Below are positions 9,835-24,355 of a DNA stretch of 64,000 nucleotides, one piece after another. A program made the position numbers and the translations under genes. The first letter of the stretch is position 1. Every line of letters begins with the position of its first letter. The notes below the pieces were generated by a model. The model was not told the DNA's origin and searched no databases. It saw only the letters and a list, made by a program, of their open reading frames with translations. Source of the stretch: Chromatiaceae bacterium (lineage in GTDB: Bacteria > Pseudomonadota > Gammaproteobacteria > Chromatiales > Chromatiaceae); assembly GCA_024235415.1 (NCBI GenBank), contig JACKML010000010.1, positions 5,210 through 69,209 on the forward strand. The letters run 5' to 3'.

Positions 9835-11114
9835 GCGCCTGCGCGCTCCTGCATCGAAACAGCATCCGCTCGCTGCAGCCGGAACTGCGCCAGCGGCACC
9901 TCGAGCGCAGCAGCCGCCCCGGCGTTGGCCGCATCCAGCACGTCCGCAAGCCGTGAATCGCCAGGCCAGTCCGGATCGCCACGACGCGGCAGGTCGAACG
10001 CTCGGCTGGCGAACAGATCCAGCAGCGTCGCGTCGGCAAGCCGGCGCGCCAGCACCCAGCCACCGTCGCGTGTCATGTGCACCCAGTGCAGGTCTTTCAG
10101 TTCGTTGAGCAGGTCGTCCAGCGGCGGCTCCATCCAACGTCTTTGCAGGCCGGCCAGCTCGTCGGTATCCGGCGCCGCCCCCCTGGCCGCGGCCTCGTCC
10201 AGCGCCAGCAGCACGGCAATCGCATCACCCATACCGGTCTGACAGCGGCGCTGATCGCTGGTGCTCCAACGGTAGATACTCAGACAATGTGTCACTTCCG
10301 CACCCAGCAGCGCGACGATCCATGACAGGTACAGCCAGACCAGGAAGATCGGAATCGTCGCGAGGGCGCCGTAGATCGCTTCATAGGTCGGAAACTCGGT
10401 GATGTAGACGGCGAATGCGTGTTTGGCCGCCTCGAACAGGAGCGCCGCCAGCACGCCGCCGGTCAGGGCATGACCCAGGCGCACCCTGCGATTGGGGACG
10501 ACGATGTACATCATCGTGAACGCGATCGCCGAGGCGACCACAGGCGTGAGCCCGAGCAACCGCCGGCCAATCCCGGTACTGGCAGCCTCGGTCAGCAGCG
10601 GCAGCGAAACGATGTAGGAGGTCGCGAGCACGCTGGCGCCGATCAGGATGGGTCCAAGTGACAGCACCGCCCAGTAGATCAGGAACTTACTGGCGAAGCC
10701 GCGTTTGGCCCGCACCTCCCAGATCGCGTTCAACGCACGTTCGATGTTGGCCATCATCAGCAACGCCACGACCACCAGGAACGCCGACCCCGGACCGGTC
10801 AGCCGCGAGGCCTTGGCGCTGAACTCGGACAGGTACTGCTGCAGCACTTCGCTCGACGTCGGCACGAAATTGTCGAACACGAAGTCCTGGACGATCTCGT
10901 AGACGCGGTCGGCCACCGGGAAGGCGGAGAAAGCCGCCAGCGTGACCGCCATCAACGGCACCAGCGACAACAGCGTGGTGTAGGTCAGGGCCGCAGCGTT
11001 TTGCGCCCCTTCGTGGCGTACAAAGCGGTCAGCCACCAGCGCCACGAAGCCGCGCAGCCTCACGACGCCGGTCAACAGCAGCCGCGATGCCAGCTTCAAG
11101 CCCGTTTCGCTCAC
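9831..11114 (-). CDS. YihY/virulence factor BrkB family membrane protein with C-terminal winged-helix extension
   Basis: AAALTYTTLLSLVP and YEAIYGALATIPIFLVWLYLSW. Confidence 0.88.
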   Translation of the reverse strand: MSETGLKLASRLLLTGVVRLRGFVALVADRFVRHEGAQNAAALTYTTLLSLVPLMAVTLAAFSAFPVADRVYEIVQDFVFDNFVPTSSEVLQQYLSEFSAKASRLTGPGSAFLVVVALLMMANIERALNAIWEVRAKRGFASKFLIYWAVLSLGPILIGASVLATSYIVSLPLLTEAASTGIGRRLLGLTPVVASAIAFTMMYIVVPNRRVRLGHALTGGVLAALLFEAAKHAFAVYITEFPTYEAIYGALATIPIFLVWLYLSWIVALLGAEVTHCLSIYRWSTSDQRRCQTGMGDAIAVLLALDEAAARGAAPDTDELAGLQRRWMEPPLDDLLNELKDLHWVHMTRDGGWVLARRLADATLLDLFASRAFDLPRRGDPDWPGDSRLADVLDAANAGAAAALEVPLAQFRLQRADAVSMQERAGA

Positions 11115-11178
11115 GTCACCACCACCCGGCAAGCCTGATAAAATCCACGCACACCCGTCGCCCACATGCAGGCAACCC

Positions 11179-12474
<1,296 letters not shown>

Positions 12475-12478
<4 letters not shown>

Positions 12479-13170
12479 GCCGACAACTGCCGCTTGCCCT
12501 CGGCCTGCAACACATGCCGGGGCTCGACGACTTCATTATCGGCCGCAACCAGGTCGCGATCGACGCCCTGCGCCACGCACTCGATACGACCGGCGAGACC
12601 CTGCTGTACCTGTTCGGTCCTGCAGGCTGCGGCCGCAGTCACCTGCTGCTCGGACAGTGCGCAGCCGCCAAACAACGCGGTCTGCGCTGTGCCTACCTGC
12701 CACTGGCAGAACGCGCGGCAATGGCACCGCAGATGCTCGAGGGCCTGGAGACACTGGACCTGGTGGCAGTCGACGACATACAGACGATCGCAAGTGACCC
12801 GGACTGGGAGGAGGCATTGTTCGCGTTGTTCAATCGCTGCCGCGATCACGCCACGCGGATGGTGTTCAGCGCCGACCGTGGCCCCGCCGCGCTGCCGCTG
12901 CGCCTGCCTGATCTGCGCAGTCGCCTGGCCTGGGGACTGAGCCTTTCGCTGCAACCGCTCGACGATGCCGGGCGACTGCAACTGTTGCAGTCGCTGGCGG
13001 CGCGCCGCGCACTGAAGCTACCGGACGACGTTGCGCGCTACCTGCTGGATCGCATGCCGCGCCATCCCAAGGACCTGGTCGATACCGTGACGCGCCTGGA
13101 TCAGGCCTCACTGGCCGAAAAACGCCGCCTCACGATCCCCTTCGTGCGCGACAGCCTCGATCTTCGGTAA
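12475..13170 (+). CDS. hda: DnaA regulatory inactivator Hda
   Basis: MSRQLPLAL clamp-binding motif, GPAGCGRSHLL, LPDLRSRL, and RRLTIPFV. Confidence 0.92.
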
Positions 13171-13245
13171 GCGACCGCGGAAAGGTCCTGACATCCACCG
13201 ACGGCCCGCCGATCGCTGGGCCGCGGATCAGGTCCGCCATCCCTT

Positions 13246-14343
13246 TCAGCCGCCGTCCGGCGGGCCCGGGTCGCTGACGTCTTCGTCGACTGCCGCCGCA
13301 AACAGGTTGCTCGCGCGATACGAATCAACGGCATGGCGCACCAGCACCATCGCCACCGCGGCAACCGGCAGCGCCAGCAGGATGCCGAAAAATCCATACA
13401 GCTGGCCACCGGCCATCACCGCAAAAATCACCGCCACCGGATGCAGGCCGATACGCTCGCCGACCAGGCGCGGTGTCAGCACAGTCCCCTCGACCGCCTG
13501 ACCGGCGACGAACACCAGGATCACCCAAGGCAGGTCGCCGATCCCCTGAACCTGCAGCACCGACGCGACGCCGGCGACCAGGATGCCGACTATCAATCCC
13601 AGGTAGGGAACGAAACTGACGATGCCCGCCAGCATCCCGATCAGCAGCGCGAACTCCAGGCCTACCAGCCACAGGCCCGTGGTGTAGATCACACCCAATG
13701 CGAACATCACCAGCAGCTGCCCGCGCAGGAAGGCGCTCAACACCTCGTCGGCCTCGCGCGCCAGACGCGATACCGTGGCCTCATTGCGTCTCGGCAACAA
13801 GGCATGCACACCGGCGACCAGATGATCCCAGTCGCGCAGCAGGTAGAAGGTCAGCACCGGCACCAGCAGGAGGTTCGCCAGCCAGCCCAGCACCGCCAGG
13901 CCAGATCCCGAAAACGTCGACCATACATTTGCCAGCAGCCCGCCGGCCTCGCGCCAATGGCTGGCCAGGGTCCGCTGCAGCAGCCCGAGATCCAACTGCG
14001 TGACCTCGACAGGCAACAACGCCTGGATCCGCGGCACCACGTGCGACCTGGCCCATTCGAGATAGACCGGCAGCTTCTGCATCAATTGGCCGATCTGCGC
14101 CTCGATACGCGGCAACAGCACGATCAGCGACAGCACCAGCAGCAGAAAGATCACGCTGAATACCAAGACCACCGCCGGCGTCCGCTTCAGCCTGCGTGCC
14201 TCCAGCCGATCCACCAGCGGGTCCCCGAGATAGGCAAGCAGGGCCGCGACGACGAAAGGCATAAGAATCGGCGACAAGAGGTACAAAAGCCCGCCGCCTG
14301 TCAGCAGCCACACCAGCGTCCAGGGGACCCGCCCCTCATTCAT
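13246..14343 (-). CDS. AI-2E family transporter
   Basis: LAYLGDPLVDRLE, TPRLVGERIGLHPVAVIFAVMAGG, and GILLALP. Confidence 0.9.
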   Translation of the reverse strand: MNEGRVPWTLVWLLTGGGLLYLLSPILMPFVVAALLAYLGDPLVDRLEARRLKRTPAVVLVFSVIFLLLVLSLIVLLPRIEAQIGQLMQKLPVYLEWARSHVVPRIQALLPVEVTQLDLGLLQRTLASHWREAGGLLANVWSTFSGSGLAVLGWLANLLLVPVLTFYLLRDWDHLVAGVHALLPRRNEATVSRLAREADEVLSAFLRGQLLVMFALGVIYTTGLWLVGLEFALLIGMLAGIVSFVPYLGLIVGILVAGVASVLQVQGIGDLPWVILVFVAGQAVEGTVLTPRLVGERIGLHPVAVIFAVMAGGQLYGFFGILLALPVAAVAMVLVRHAVDSYRASNLFAAAVDEDVSDPGPPDGG

Positions 14344-14900
14344 CGTGGGGAGTCCCACCGGCGCGCGCGTTGGCTCCACTCGCGGACGTAGCCCACGCCA
14401 CTGAGCACGACCGTCAGCATCACCGACCAGATCAGCGTCTGCATCAGCCAGTTGGGCACGACAGAGAACCCCAGGCCAAGCACGCCGGCCGCGGCCAACG
14501 CAATCTGCAGGAAGGTGTTGAGCTTGCTCACCATGCTCGGTTCCGGCTGCACCGCCTCAATCCGGAAGTTGTACACGGTCGCCCCGATCACGATCACCAG
14601 ATCGCGCACCAGCACACTGAGAACCAGCCACCACGGAAACACACCGAGCCACCAAAGACAGACGAACGTCGAGACCAGCAGGAACTTGTCGGCCAGGGCG
14701 TCGAGAATCCCGCCGAGGCGCGAACTCCAGTCGAAGCGCTTGGCAAGAAAGCCGTCGAGCCCATCCGAGGCGCCGGCGATCAGAAACAACCAGATCGCGA
14801 CGGTGAATTCGCGGTTCAGCAGACACCAGATGATCGGCAGCACCAGCACGATCCGGGCCGCACTGATCAGGTTTGGCAGATGGCGCAGGTAGGACTTCAT
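14340..14900 (-). CDS. CDP-alcohol phosphatidyltransferase family protein
   Basis: LPNLIS and SDGLDGFLAKR...LGGILDALADK signature. Confidence 0.92.
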   Translation of the reverse strand: MKSYLRHLPNLISAARIVLVLPIIWCLLNREFTVAIWLFLIAGASDGLDGFLAKRFDWSSRLGGILDALADKFLLVSTFVCLWWLGVFPWWLVLSVLVRDLVIVIGATVYNFRIEAVQPEPSMVSKLNTFLQIALAAAGVLGLGFSVVPNWLMQTLIWSVMLTVVLSGVGYVREWSQRARRWDSPR

Positions 14901-14924
14901 CGGAGGCGTGGCAGGTCAGCGGCG

Positions 14925-16037
14925 TCAGTTACGCAGTCGATAATACAGGTCGACCTCGGGCAAGACCGGCACCGCGGCCGGCGCAACGCCGCCCGAACCG
15001 GCCACGGCGACCGGGGGAACCGGACGCAACGGTGCCGGTTCCGCACTCAGCAGACCGCTGGCATCGAGTCCCCGCACCAGGTTGGCCTGACCGGCGCGCA
15101 GCTGCAGGTCGAAGGTGAAGGCATCGTCCCTGACGTGGCGCAGCGCCACCCCCGCCACGGCATCGAGCGATTCGAGCAGTGCCACCAGGCGCCCGTAGGC
15201 AGCGAGATCGTAGACACCGGCAATGCGCACCAGCGTCCCGTACTGATCACCGGCCGCCAGCATCGGTGCGTAGCGTGCCGCCAGCAGGTCCTGTGCCTGA
15301 TCGATCGCGGACACCATTGTCTCCTCGAGTGATTTGGCCGGGGTCTGGAAGCCCTGACTGTCCTCGCGATCGATCAGCGACCACTGGCCATTCCATCTGC
15401 CGCCGCCGAGTGCCCGCAGCCGGCCGCTGAGCACCACGCTGTGCGGATAGCGCTCGGAGGCGAGTGCTATCGCGGCGCGGTAGTCCGACCACAGGTCCGC
15501 GGCCGTCAGTCTGCCCTGGTCCTCCAGGTCCATCAGCGGCAACTGCAGCGGCATCCCCCGCTGTTGCGCCTGCTCGGTCACGGCCGCCCTGGCCGCCGGT
15601 TCGTTCTCGAGATTCAGCAGTGTGCGCGCCCCCGCCTGTTCGCTCGCAAGCCACAAAAGGACACCGGGTCGTTGCGTCCACACCGGGAGATTGCGTTCGC
15701 GCATCATGCGCTCGACCACCGGCTGATCGAAGCGCGCCCACAGGTAACGGACCATGCCGCCGTCCTTGTCCGCGGACCGGTAGCGGTATTGCTGGACCAG
15801 CGAAGGGGCCGCGGCGAGCATCTGTTTTGCCGCCGGCTGCCCGGCAATGCCAGCATTGCCGCTGACCCGCGCCATGACCGATCCGAGCAGTTGCGACAGC
15901 GCTGTATTGCGGGTCTCGCTACCCTCGTCGGCGACCACGGTCTCGGCAGAGTAAAGGTCCGCAGGCACCACCGCAGCGGCGGACAGGCTGAACACACACA
16001 ACCACAGGCAGACGATCGATTTTTGCAGCTTATACAT
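14925..16037 (-). CDS. DUF2066 exported protein
   Basis: DLYSAET, VQQYRY, RPGVLLWLA, and RGMPLQLPLMDLED. Divergent from purM, as is usual for this family. Confidence 0.8.
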   Translation of the reverse strand: MYKLQKSIVCLWLCVFSLSAAAVVPADLYSAETVVADEGSETRNTALSQLLGSVMARVSGNAGIAGQPAAKQMLAAAPSLVQQYRYRSADKDGGMVRYLWARFDQPVVERMMRERNLPVWTQRPGVLLWLASEQAGARTLLNLENEPAARAAVTEQAQQRGMPLQLPLMDLEDQGRLTAADLWSDYRAAIALASERYPHSVVLSGRLRALGGGRWNGQWSLIDREDSQGFQTPAKSLEETMVSAIDQAQDLLAARYAPMLAAGDQYGTLVRIAGVYDLAAYGRLVALLESLDAVAGVALRHVRDDAFTFDLQLRAGQANLVRGLDASGLLSAEPAPLRPVPPVAVAGSGGVAPAAVPVLPEVDLYYRLRN

Positions 16038-16204
16038 GGCGCAGAGTTTAACCCGGTTGCGATTTGCGGTGGTGGGCCAAGTTGATCACAGTGCAGCCAC
16101 CGCGGTCTGCAGCTGGACAAACCGCAGTTGTTCGATTGCCACCTTGGTGCGAGCTGCACGCAGGGGCTAAAATGCCGCTTTTGCAGCCCTCCGCGGAGTC
16201 AGTC

Positions 16205-17263
16205 TTGAGCGAACAACCCCCCAGCAGCGATACCGGCGGCTTGAGTTACGCGCAGGCCGGGGTCGATATCGACGCCGGCAATGCCCTGGTCGAACGAATC
16301 AAGCCGATCGTGAAGAACACCTTCCGCCCCGGGGTAATGGCCGGTCTCGGCGGCTTTGGTGCACTGTTCGAGCTCCCGATCGACCGCTACCGCGAACCTG
16401 TCCTGGTGTCGGGCACCGACGGCGTCGGCACCAAGCTCAAGCTGGCGATGCAGCTGGGACGTCACGACACCATCGGCATCGACCTGGTGGCGATGTGCGT
16501 CAACGACATCGTCGTCTCCGGTGCCGAACCGCTGTTCTTCCTCGACTACTACGCAACCGGCAGGCTCGATGTCGACACTGCCGCCGACGTGATCAGCGGC
16601 ATTGCCCGTGGTTGCGAACTGGCCGGCTGCGCCCTGACCGGCGGTGAGACCGCCGAGATGCCCGGCATGTATGCCGCGGGCGACTATGACCTGGCCGGGT
16701 TTGCGGTCGGCATCGTGGAAAAATCGCGCATCCTGCAACCGGACAGCGTGCAGGTCGGCGATGTCCTGCTCGGAATTGCGTCATCGGGACCGCACTCCAA
16801 CGGTTATTCCCTGGTCCGCAAAGTCCTCGAGGTCAGCGGTGCGGACCTGCAACAAGCCATGGGTGACATTACCCTCGCCGATGCACTGATCGCACCGACG
16901 CGCATCTATGTGAAGTCGCTGTTGACCCTGCTGGGCGAGGTCGACGTGCATGCGCTGGCGCACATCACCGGTGGTGGACTCACAGAAAACCTTCCGCGTG
17001 TCCTGCCCGACAACAGCTGTGCGCAGGTCCGGCGTGACAGCTGGCAGCTGCCCCCGGTGTTCCAGTGGCTGCAGAGCGCCGGGCGGATCGCCGATGCCGA
17101 GATGCTGCGCACCTTCAACTGTGGCATCGGCATGGTGGTGTGCGTCCCGGCACAGGCTGCCGAACGTGCGATCCAGGTCCTGCGCGAGCAGGGCGAGACG
17201 GTGTATCGGATCGGTGATATCGCCGCCTGCGAATGCGAGGCGCCCTGCGTCCGCTACACATGA
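16205..17263 (+). CDS. purM: Phosphoribosylformylglycinamidine cyclo-ligase
   Basis: [32 protein letters not shown], and AHITGGG. Start could be 16172. Confidence 0.96.
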   Translation: MSEQPPSSDTGGLSYAQAGVDIDAGNALVERIKPIVKNTFRPGVMAGLGGFGALFELPIDRYREPVLVSGTDGVGTKLKLAMQLGRHDTIGIDLVAMCVNDIVVSGAEPLFFLDYYATGRLDVDTAADVISGIARGCELAGCALTGGETAEMPGMYAAGDYDLAGFAVGIVEKSRILQPDSVQVGDVLLGIASSGPHSNGYSLVRKVLEVSGADLQQAMGDITLADALIAPTRIYVKSLLTLLGEVDVHALAHITGGGLTENLPRVLPDNSCAQVRRDSWQLPPVFQWLQSAGRIADAEMLRTFNCGIGMVVCVPAQAAERAIQVLREQGETVYRIGDIAACECEAPCVRYT

Positions 17264-17916
17264 GCACGACCGATGGGCGACTGGCGGTCGTGGTGCTCGT
17301 CTCAGGCAGCGGCAGCAACCTGCAGGCACTGATCGACGCGGCCGCCTCCCCGGCATCACGCTTCTGCATCACCGGGGTGATCAGCAACCGCCCCGGTGCG
17401 CTCGGACTGCAGCGCGCAGTTGCTGCCGGTATTCCGACGCGGGTGGTCGATCACACGCTGTTCCCCGACCGCCACAGCTTCGACGCCGCGCTGGCAGAGG
17501 CGATCGACGGATTCTCTCCTGGCCTGGTGGTGCTCGCCGGCTTCATGCGCATCCTGACCAGCGACTTCGTCGGTCGTTACGCCGGACGCATGCTCAACAT
17601 CCACCCCTCGCTGCTGCCCGAATTCCAGGGCCTGCACACCCACCGTCGTGCACTCGAGGCCGGCGTTCGTGAACATGGCGCCAGCGTGCACTTTGTCACC
17701 GACGAACTGGATGGCGGCCCGGTGATCGCCCAGGTACGGGTTGCGGTGAAGACCGGCGATGACGAGGCGTCCCTGGCCGGGCGCGTGCTGGCACGCGAAC
17801 ACGAACTGCTGCCGCAGGTCGTCGGCTGGTTCGCCAGCGACCGCGTGGCGCTGCGAGATGGCAGGGCATGGCTGGACGGCAAGGCGTTGCAGGAGCCCGT
17901 CGAGTGCTGCGCCTGA
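17260..17916 (+). CDS. purN: Phosphoribosylglycinamide formyltransferase
   Basis: [25 protein letters not shown], and ELDGGPVI. Confidence 0.96.
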   Translation: MSTTDGRLAVVVLVSGSGSNLQALIDAAASPASRFCITGVISNRPGALGLQRAVAAGIPTRVVDHTLFPDRHSFDAALAEAIDGFSPGLVVLAGFMRILTSDFVGRYAGRMLNIHPSLLPEFQGLHTHRRALEAGVREHGASVHFVTDELDGGPVIAQVRVAVKTGDDEASLAGRVLAREHELLPQVVGWFASDRVALRDGRAWLDGKALQEPVECCA

Positions 17917-18659
17917 TCCGCTGCCTGGCCTGCGCGGCCTCGCCGCTCGCGCTGCTGGCCTGCACCCCGGCGCCGCAGGCGCCATCACCCGATACCCTGG
18001 GAAATCCCCTCGCGGTCGAGGCCGGGTACCGCCTGCTGTTCAATGACACGCTGGTCGGCAACGCCTTTTTTGCGCTCCGGATCGACGCGGATCACAGCTA
18101 TGTCCTCGAGGCGTTGACCACGCCGGCCGGCAAGATGGAGCAGGCCGCAGGACACGAGATCCTGGAGAGCAGTCGCGGCAACGTCGATGGCGCACTGGTC
18201 CAACCCGAGGAATTCACCCACAGCGTGATCGACGGTGAGCACATCAAGGTCGAACGCCTGTTGTTCGACTGGGACAAGCGCCTGCTGCGACGAATCGACG
18301 GTGAGGCCACGCAGACCGTCAGCCTGCAGCCAGGCACCCACGATCGTCTCAGTTACCTTCTGGCCGCGCGACACCTGGCGTCAGCTGCCGGTGACGCGGT
18401 AGAGATTGAGATCGCATCGCCGCGGGCCAGCGAAAAGACCCGACTCGAGTTGCAGGATGCCGAGCCGATCGAGGTCCCGGCCGGGCGTTTTCGTGCGCTG
18501 GGCATCACGCGCGCCACGGCCGAAAACGGCGAAACGCGGTCGCTGTGGTTCGACGTCGAGGCCTCCCCGCTCCCGCTGCGCGTGTCACACAGCTGGGACG
18601 GCAATACCGTGGAGATGGTCCTGGAGACGCTCAGCCAGGTCCCTGGTGATCCTCACTGA
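17904..18659 (+). CDS. DUF3108-like lipoprotein
   Basis: Lipobox-like LLAC, HDRLS, and [10 protein letters not shown]. Usual neighbour of purN. Confidence 0.7.
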   Translation: MLRLIRCLACAASPLALLACTPAPQAPSPDTLGNPLAVEAGYRLLFNDTLVGNAFFALRIDADHSYVLEALTTPAGKMEQAAGHEILESSRGNVDGALVQPEEFTHSVIDGEHIKVERLLFDWDKRLLRRIDGEATQTVSLQPGTHDRLSYLLAARHLASAAGDAVEIEIASPRASEKTRLELQDAEPIEVPAGRFRALGITRATAENGETRSLWFDVEASPLPLRVSHSWDGNTVEMVLETLSQVPGDPH

Positions 18660-19227
18660 TGCGACTGGCCACCGGGCCGCTCTGGCCGCGATACTTGGCA
18701 TCGTCCCGCTTGGTGTAAGGGTGACGCGCCGGTGCGGTCAGGGTCTCGAAGCTCATCGCACCGATCGCCATACCCGGACGCAGGGCCAGCGGCAGTTTCC
18801 CCGAGTTGAAGAACTCGAGCACGATATTGCCGCTCCAGCCCGGATCGATGCGGTGTGCCGTCACGTGCACCATCAAGCCCAGTCGCGCCAGGCTGGAGCG
18901 GCCATCGAGCCAGCCCACCAGGTCGTCCGGCAGCGTGATGGATTCGAAGGTGGTGCCAAGTGCGAGCTCGCCAGGGTGCAGCACGAAGGTTTCCTGCTCG
19001 CTGATATAGATCTCGTCGCCCATGACCTTTTCCACCGCCAGGTTGACCTGCTCGCGCGAACCCGACAGATCGATGTAGGGGATGGTGTGTGAACTGAACA
19101 CGCGAAAACGGTGACCGAGTCGCAGGTCGACCGATACACCCGTGATCGCCCGGTCTTCCGGACGCGGCTCGATCCGTATGCGCTGCTGGTCGAGTGCCGC
19201 GATGATGTCGCTGTCGCAGAGTCTCAT
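18631..19227 (-). CDS. dcd: dCTP deaminase
   Basis: MRLCDSDI and [25 protein letters not shown]. Confidence 0.96.
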   Translation of the reverse strand: MRLCDSDIIAALDQQRIRIEPRPEDRAITGVSVDLRLGHRFRVFSSHTIPYIDLSGSREQVNLAVEKVMGDEIYISEQETFVLHPGELALGTTFESITLPDDLVGWLDGRSSLARLGLMVHVTAHRIDPGWSGNIVLEFFNSGKLPLALRPGMAIGAMSFETLTAPARHPYTKRDDAKYRGQSGPVASRISEDHQGPG

Positions 19228-19312
19228 GGCTTTCCGGTCTCCGGCTTGGCAGTGCGAGGCACGAGTCTACACCAGCGCGGCGACGGCACGCGCGCCGGGG
19301 TTGGCGACAAGG

Positions 19313-20512
19313 TCAGAGTCCGAGCCTGGCAGCGACGAAGTCCGCATCCTTGTCACCGCGACCAGACAGATTGACCAGAATCGTCTGGTCTCTACCCATG
19401 GCTGGCGCCTCGCGCATCGCATACGCGACCGCGTGGGCCGACTCCAGCGCGGGGATGATGCCTTCCATGCGAGAGAGCGTCATGAATGCGTCCAGGCACT
19501 CCTGGTCAGTCGCCGTCGCATAGTCGACACGCTTTATGTCCTTCAGGAAGCAGTGTTGTGGGCCGACGCCCGGGTAGTCCAGTCCGGAGGCGATCGAGTA
19601 CACCGGCAGCGGGTTGCCCTGCGCATCCTGCAGGTTGTAGCACTTGAAGCCGTGCAACACGCCGGGTGCACCCAGGGTCAGGGTCGCTGCGTGATCCGGG
19701 GTATCCAGGCCATGTCCCGCGGGCTCGACGCCGACGATCTGCACATCCTCGTCATCGAGAAAGGCCGTGAACAGGCCCATCGCGTTCGAGCCGCCGCCGA
19801 CACAGGCGGTGATCCGTGTTGGCAGTCGCCCCTCCAGCGCAAGAAACTGCGCACGCGCCTCTTCGCCGACCACCTGCTGAAAATCACGCACCATCATCGG
19901 GAACGGATGTGGCCCGACCACCGAACCGATCGCGTAGATGCTGTTGACCGGGTCCTGGAGATACGCCTCGAACGCCGAATCCACTGCATCCTTCAGCGTT
20001 GCCGTGCCGCGCGTCACCGCCACCAGTTTGCAGCCCAGGATCTTCATCTTGGTGACATTGGGATGCTCCTTCTCGATGTCCACCTGCCCCATGTGGATCT
20101 CACAGGGGATCCCGACCAGGGCGCAGGCAGTCGCCAGCGCCACGCCGTGCTGTCCGGCGCCGGTCTCGGCGAGCACCTTCTTCTTGCCCATGTGCTTGGC
20201 CAGCAGGGCCTCGCCGATGCAATGATTGATCTTGTGCGCACCTGTGTGGTTCAGGTCTTCGCGCTTGAGGAAGATGCGGGCCCCGCCGAGATGCTCTGAC
20301 AGGCGTTTGGCATAGAACAGCGGACTGGGTCGCCCGATATACGTCGACTGAAGTTCGTGCAACTCATGCTGAAACGCCGCACTGTCACGGATCTCCAGGT
20401 AGGCGGCGGTGATCTCGTCCATCACCGACTTGAGTTCGGGTGGGATGAACTGGCCCCCATACTCGCCGAAAAAACCGTTTTCGTCGGGCATGGGGATGGG
20501 TGGCATCTTCAT
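19313..20512 (-). CDS. trpB: Tryptophan synthase beta subunit (stand-alone)
   Basis: [42 protein letters not shown], and NLSGRGDKD. No trpA adjacent. Confidence 0.93.
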   Translation of the reverse strand: MKMPPIPMPDENGFFGEYGGQFIPPELKSVMDEITAAYLEIRDSAAFQHELHELQSTYIGRPSPLFYAKRLSEHLGGARIFLKREDLNHTGAHKINHCIGEALLAKHMGKKKVLAETGAGQHGVALATACALVGIPCEIHMGQVDIEKEHPNVTKMKILGCKLVAVTRGTATLKDAVDSAFEAYLQDPVNSIYAIGSVVGPHPFPMMVRDFQQVVGEEARAQFLALEGRLPTRITACVGGGSNAMGLFTAFLDDEDVQIVGVEPAGHGLDTPDHAATLTLGAPGVLHGFKCYNLQDAQGNPLPVYSIASGLDYPGVGPQHCFLKDIKRVDYATATDQECLDAFMTLSRMEGIIPALESAHAVAYAMREAPAMGRDQTILVNLSGRGDKDADFVAARLGL

Positions 20513-20685
20513 GGGCTTGTCTCACACGCTGTCACAATTGAAGAACCTCGAAAGCTAAACCCTGGCGCGGACCTGTCCCTTGACGCGGCGCAGGAACCCG
20601 GCGTTTTTTGCCGCCAATTTCTTCAATCCTGATCGTTGCCGTCGGCGGCTGGGAACGCGCTGGGCTGGCCCGATCGGCCGGCCGT

Positions 20686-21327
20686 TCAGCGCGGAGGATC
20701 ACCGGCGATCGACTGTGCCTCGGCGTGCGTCAGGTGCGGGTGATTGCGCAACACGAAACCTGCGTTATGCAGATCGACCACGGCGTTGTGCAAGTTGCCC
20801 CGCAACGTCGAATTCGGTGACTGCAGGTGCCGCGCCAGCTGGTGCAGTGAGACCTCGACATGGTTGCCACGGACGGCCACCGGCATCAGCAGTCGCTCCG
20901 CCAGGCTCATGAAAGGGTCGAGGGGGTCCACCTCAGCCGCCACCCCGGCATCGGCGTGCGGCTTGTGCGCCAACGTTTCCGCTTTCGGCAGATTCTGCAG
21001 GCACGCGCGATATTCCGACGCCACCGTGCCGTCAACGTCGCCCTCTCCGCGCAGGACCGCCCGAACAATCGACATCACGGCGGCGGCACTGCCGTGATCC
21101 GGGCCACAAGACAACACCGCGGCCAACAAGTCACGCTGCCGGGGACTCAGCATAGCCGCCGAATACCCGCTCATCGAAAACGAATCGTCGCCACTGAGGT
21201 TGCGCAGAAACACCTCGACGGTGAAGCAGTACCGCGAGGTGTAGTGGAAAAGCTCTTCGGCAAAACCGCCCCACCCCCTGTGGAAAGGCGGATAGAAGTG
21301 GCCATCGACGTTCTTGAGGTCCGTCAC
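20686..21327 (-). CDS. Hypothetical protein
   Basis: 213-aa ORF from a GTG 13 nt downstream of the pckA stop. No family recognised. Confidence 0.6.
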   Translation of the reverse strand: MTDLKNVDGHFYPPFHRGWGGFAEELFHYTSRYCFTVEVFLRNLSGDDSFSMSGYSAAMLSPRQRDLLAAVLSCGPDHGSAAAVMSIVRAVLRGEGDVDGTVASEYRACLQNLPKAETLAHKPHADAGVAAEVDPLDPFMSLAERLLMPVAVRGNHVEVSLHQLARHLQSPNSTLRGNLHNAVVDLHNAGFVLRNHPHLTHAEAQSIAGDPPR

Positions 21328-21340
21328 CCCGGGCACCCCG

Positions 21341-22963
<1,623 letters not shown>

Positions 22964-23191
22964 ATGTCTCACCTCGCGGAGAACCACATGGCGGCCGACC
23001 GCAGTTTCGTCAATAAAAAGGTGGCACGAAAGATTGTCCCACCCGGGTGCATATAGTGCGAGTGTTGCACCAGGACAATGCCTTTTTGTCGCTAATACGC
23101 CCGATTTCATGCCCCTGCAGTAAATATGGCAAATACCCTGCCAGACATCCCGAGGCCACCCCAGAAGACCGATGACCCGTAGAACTGGCAC

Positions 23192-23220
23192 AAAAAAACC
23201 CCGGGCTGACGCACCGGGGC
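23192..23220 (-). terminator. Rho-independent terminator after the DUF2853 gene
   Basis: Minus strand reads CCCCGG-loop-CCGGGG-TTTTTTT. Confidence 0.75.
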
Positions 23221-23254
23221 TGGTCTTGTCTTCTCTTTTTTGCGAGTTACCGGG

Positions 23255-23566
23255 CTAAAGATCGCCCAGCTTGCCCATCGCCTGCGCAACCAGGTAGTAG
23301 AAAGTGACCCGATGCTTCTGCCGGTCTGCTTTCATCTTCTCGCAGACCTTCTTGATCACGGCATCAGCCGCAGCGGCATCGGTGGCGCCCAGCTTTTTCG
23401 TACACCATTTTTCACGCACGCGGTCGAGTTCCGACTTGTCTGAGCACGATACCAGCGAGGCATCCTTGCTCTGCAGGGCGATACCCAGATGTTTGACGAT
23501 CTTCTGCACGATCGCCGCATCCGCACCGGCGTCATAGCGCTGTACGTCGGCTAAATAGTCACTCAT
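23255..23566 (-). CDS. DUF2853 family protein
   Basis: IVKHLGIALQSKDASLVSCSDKSEL and KHRVTFYYL. Confidence 0.85.
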   Translation of the reverse strand: MSDYLADVQRYDAGADAAIVQKIVKHLGIALQSKDASLVSCSDKSELDRVREKWCTKKLGATDAAAADAVIKKVCEKMKADRQKHRVTFYYLVAQAMGKLGDL

Positions 23567-23908
23567 GAATTCTCTCCCCTTTGATGGATTTCCCGGCACA
23601 GTTGCTGGCCAGAACCGAAACAGTCGTTGATTCTTCGCTTTGAGATCGGCCACTGCGCACCCCTTCCGGTGCCGGTTTCAGCACTGGCGCGCCATTGGAG
23701 AATACCTCAACCTGCCGTCGAGTAAACCCGGAACCCCTGCCGTAACTCCCGCGGCTGTCGCGCCAGCGTGCGAGTGCCCGGTGCCTGTTTGCAGCATCCG
23801 CGCAAAGCAACGAAGCGATTCATCCCGCGCGCCATCGCCACCGCGATGCCGATGAACCGGGGGATTGCTACTATCCTGTGGACTGTATTCACTAACGAGG
23901 TCCACGCA

Positions 23909-24352
23909 ATGAAGACTGGTGCAATCGCTATCGCGGCCCTGCTGTCCTTGACGTCGTTGGCCCACGCCGACGAACCGGAGAATTTCATCAAATACCGCCA
24001 ATCGATGATGACAGCGATCGGCGGCCATAACGGGGCCGCCAGCCAGATTCTGCGGGGCAAGGTGGCACCGCCGGGGCACCTCGCGATGCACGCCAATGCA
24101 CTTCGCGACCTGGCGTCGGACCTGGCGGCACTGTTCCCCGAAGGCTCGGACTTTGGCGAGACCAAGGCCAAGGCGGAGATCTGGAGCGACTGGTCGGGTT
24201 TCGAGAAGGCGGCCGGTGATTCGAAGACCGCAACGGCCGCGTTCGCCGAGGCGGTGGCCGGCGGCGATGCAGGCAATATCGAGGCCGCGTTCAAACAAGT
24301 TGGAGAAACCTGCAAGGGCTGCCACAAGACCTACCGAGAGAAGGACGACTGA
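23909..24352 (+). CDS. Cytochrome c' / c556 (class II)
   Basis: Signal peptide, IKYRQSMM, AKAEIW, and C-terminal CKGCHKTYR. Confidence 0.9.
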   Translation: MKTGAIAIAALLSLTSLAHADEPENFIKYRQSMMTAIGGHNGAASQILRGKVAPPGHLAMHANALRDLASDLAALFPEGSDFGETKAKAEIWSDWSGFEKAAGDSKTATAAFAEAVAGGDAGNIEAAFKQVGETCKGCHKTYREKDD

Positions 24353-24355
24353 GAC

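Noticed and set aside
20513-20685. Possible trp attenuator upstream of trpB
   Set aside because: No Trp-codon leader peptide or terminator/antiterminator pair was seen on the minus strand.
23567-23908. Long divergent intergenic region, possible riboswitch or sRNA
   Set aside because: No recognisable motif by eye. An Rfam scan is needed to exclude one.
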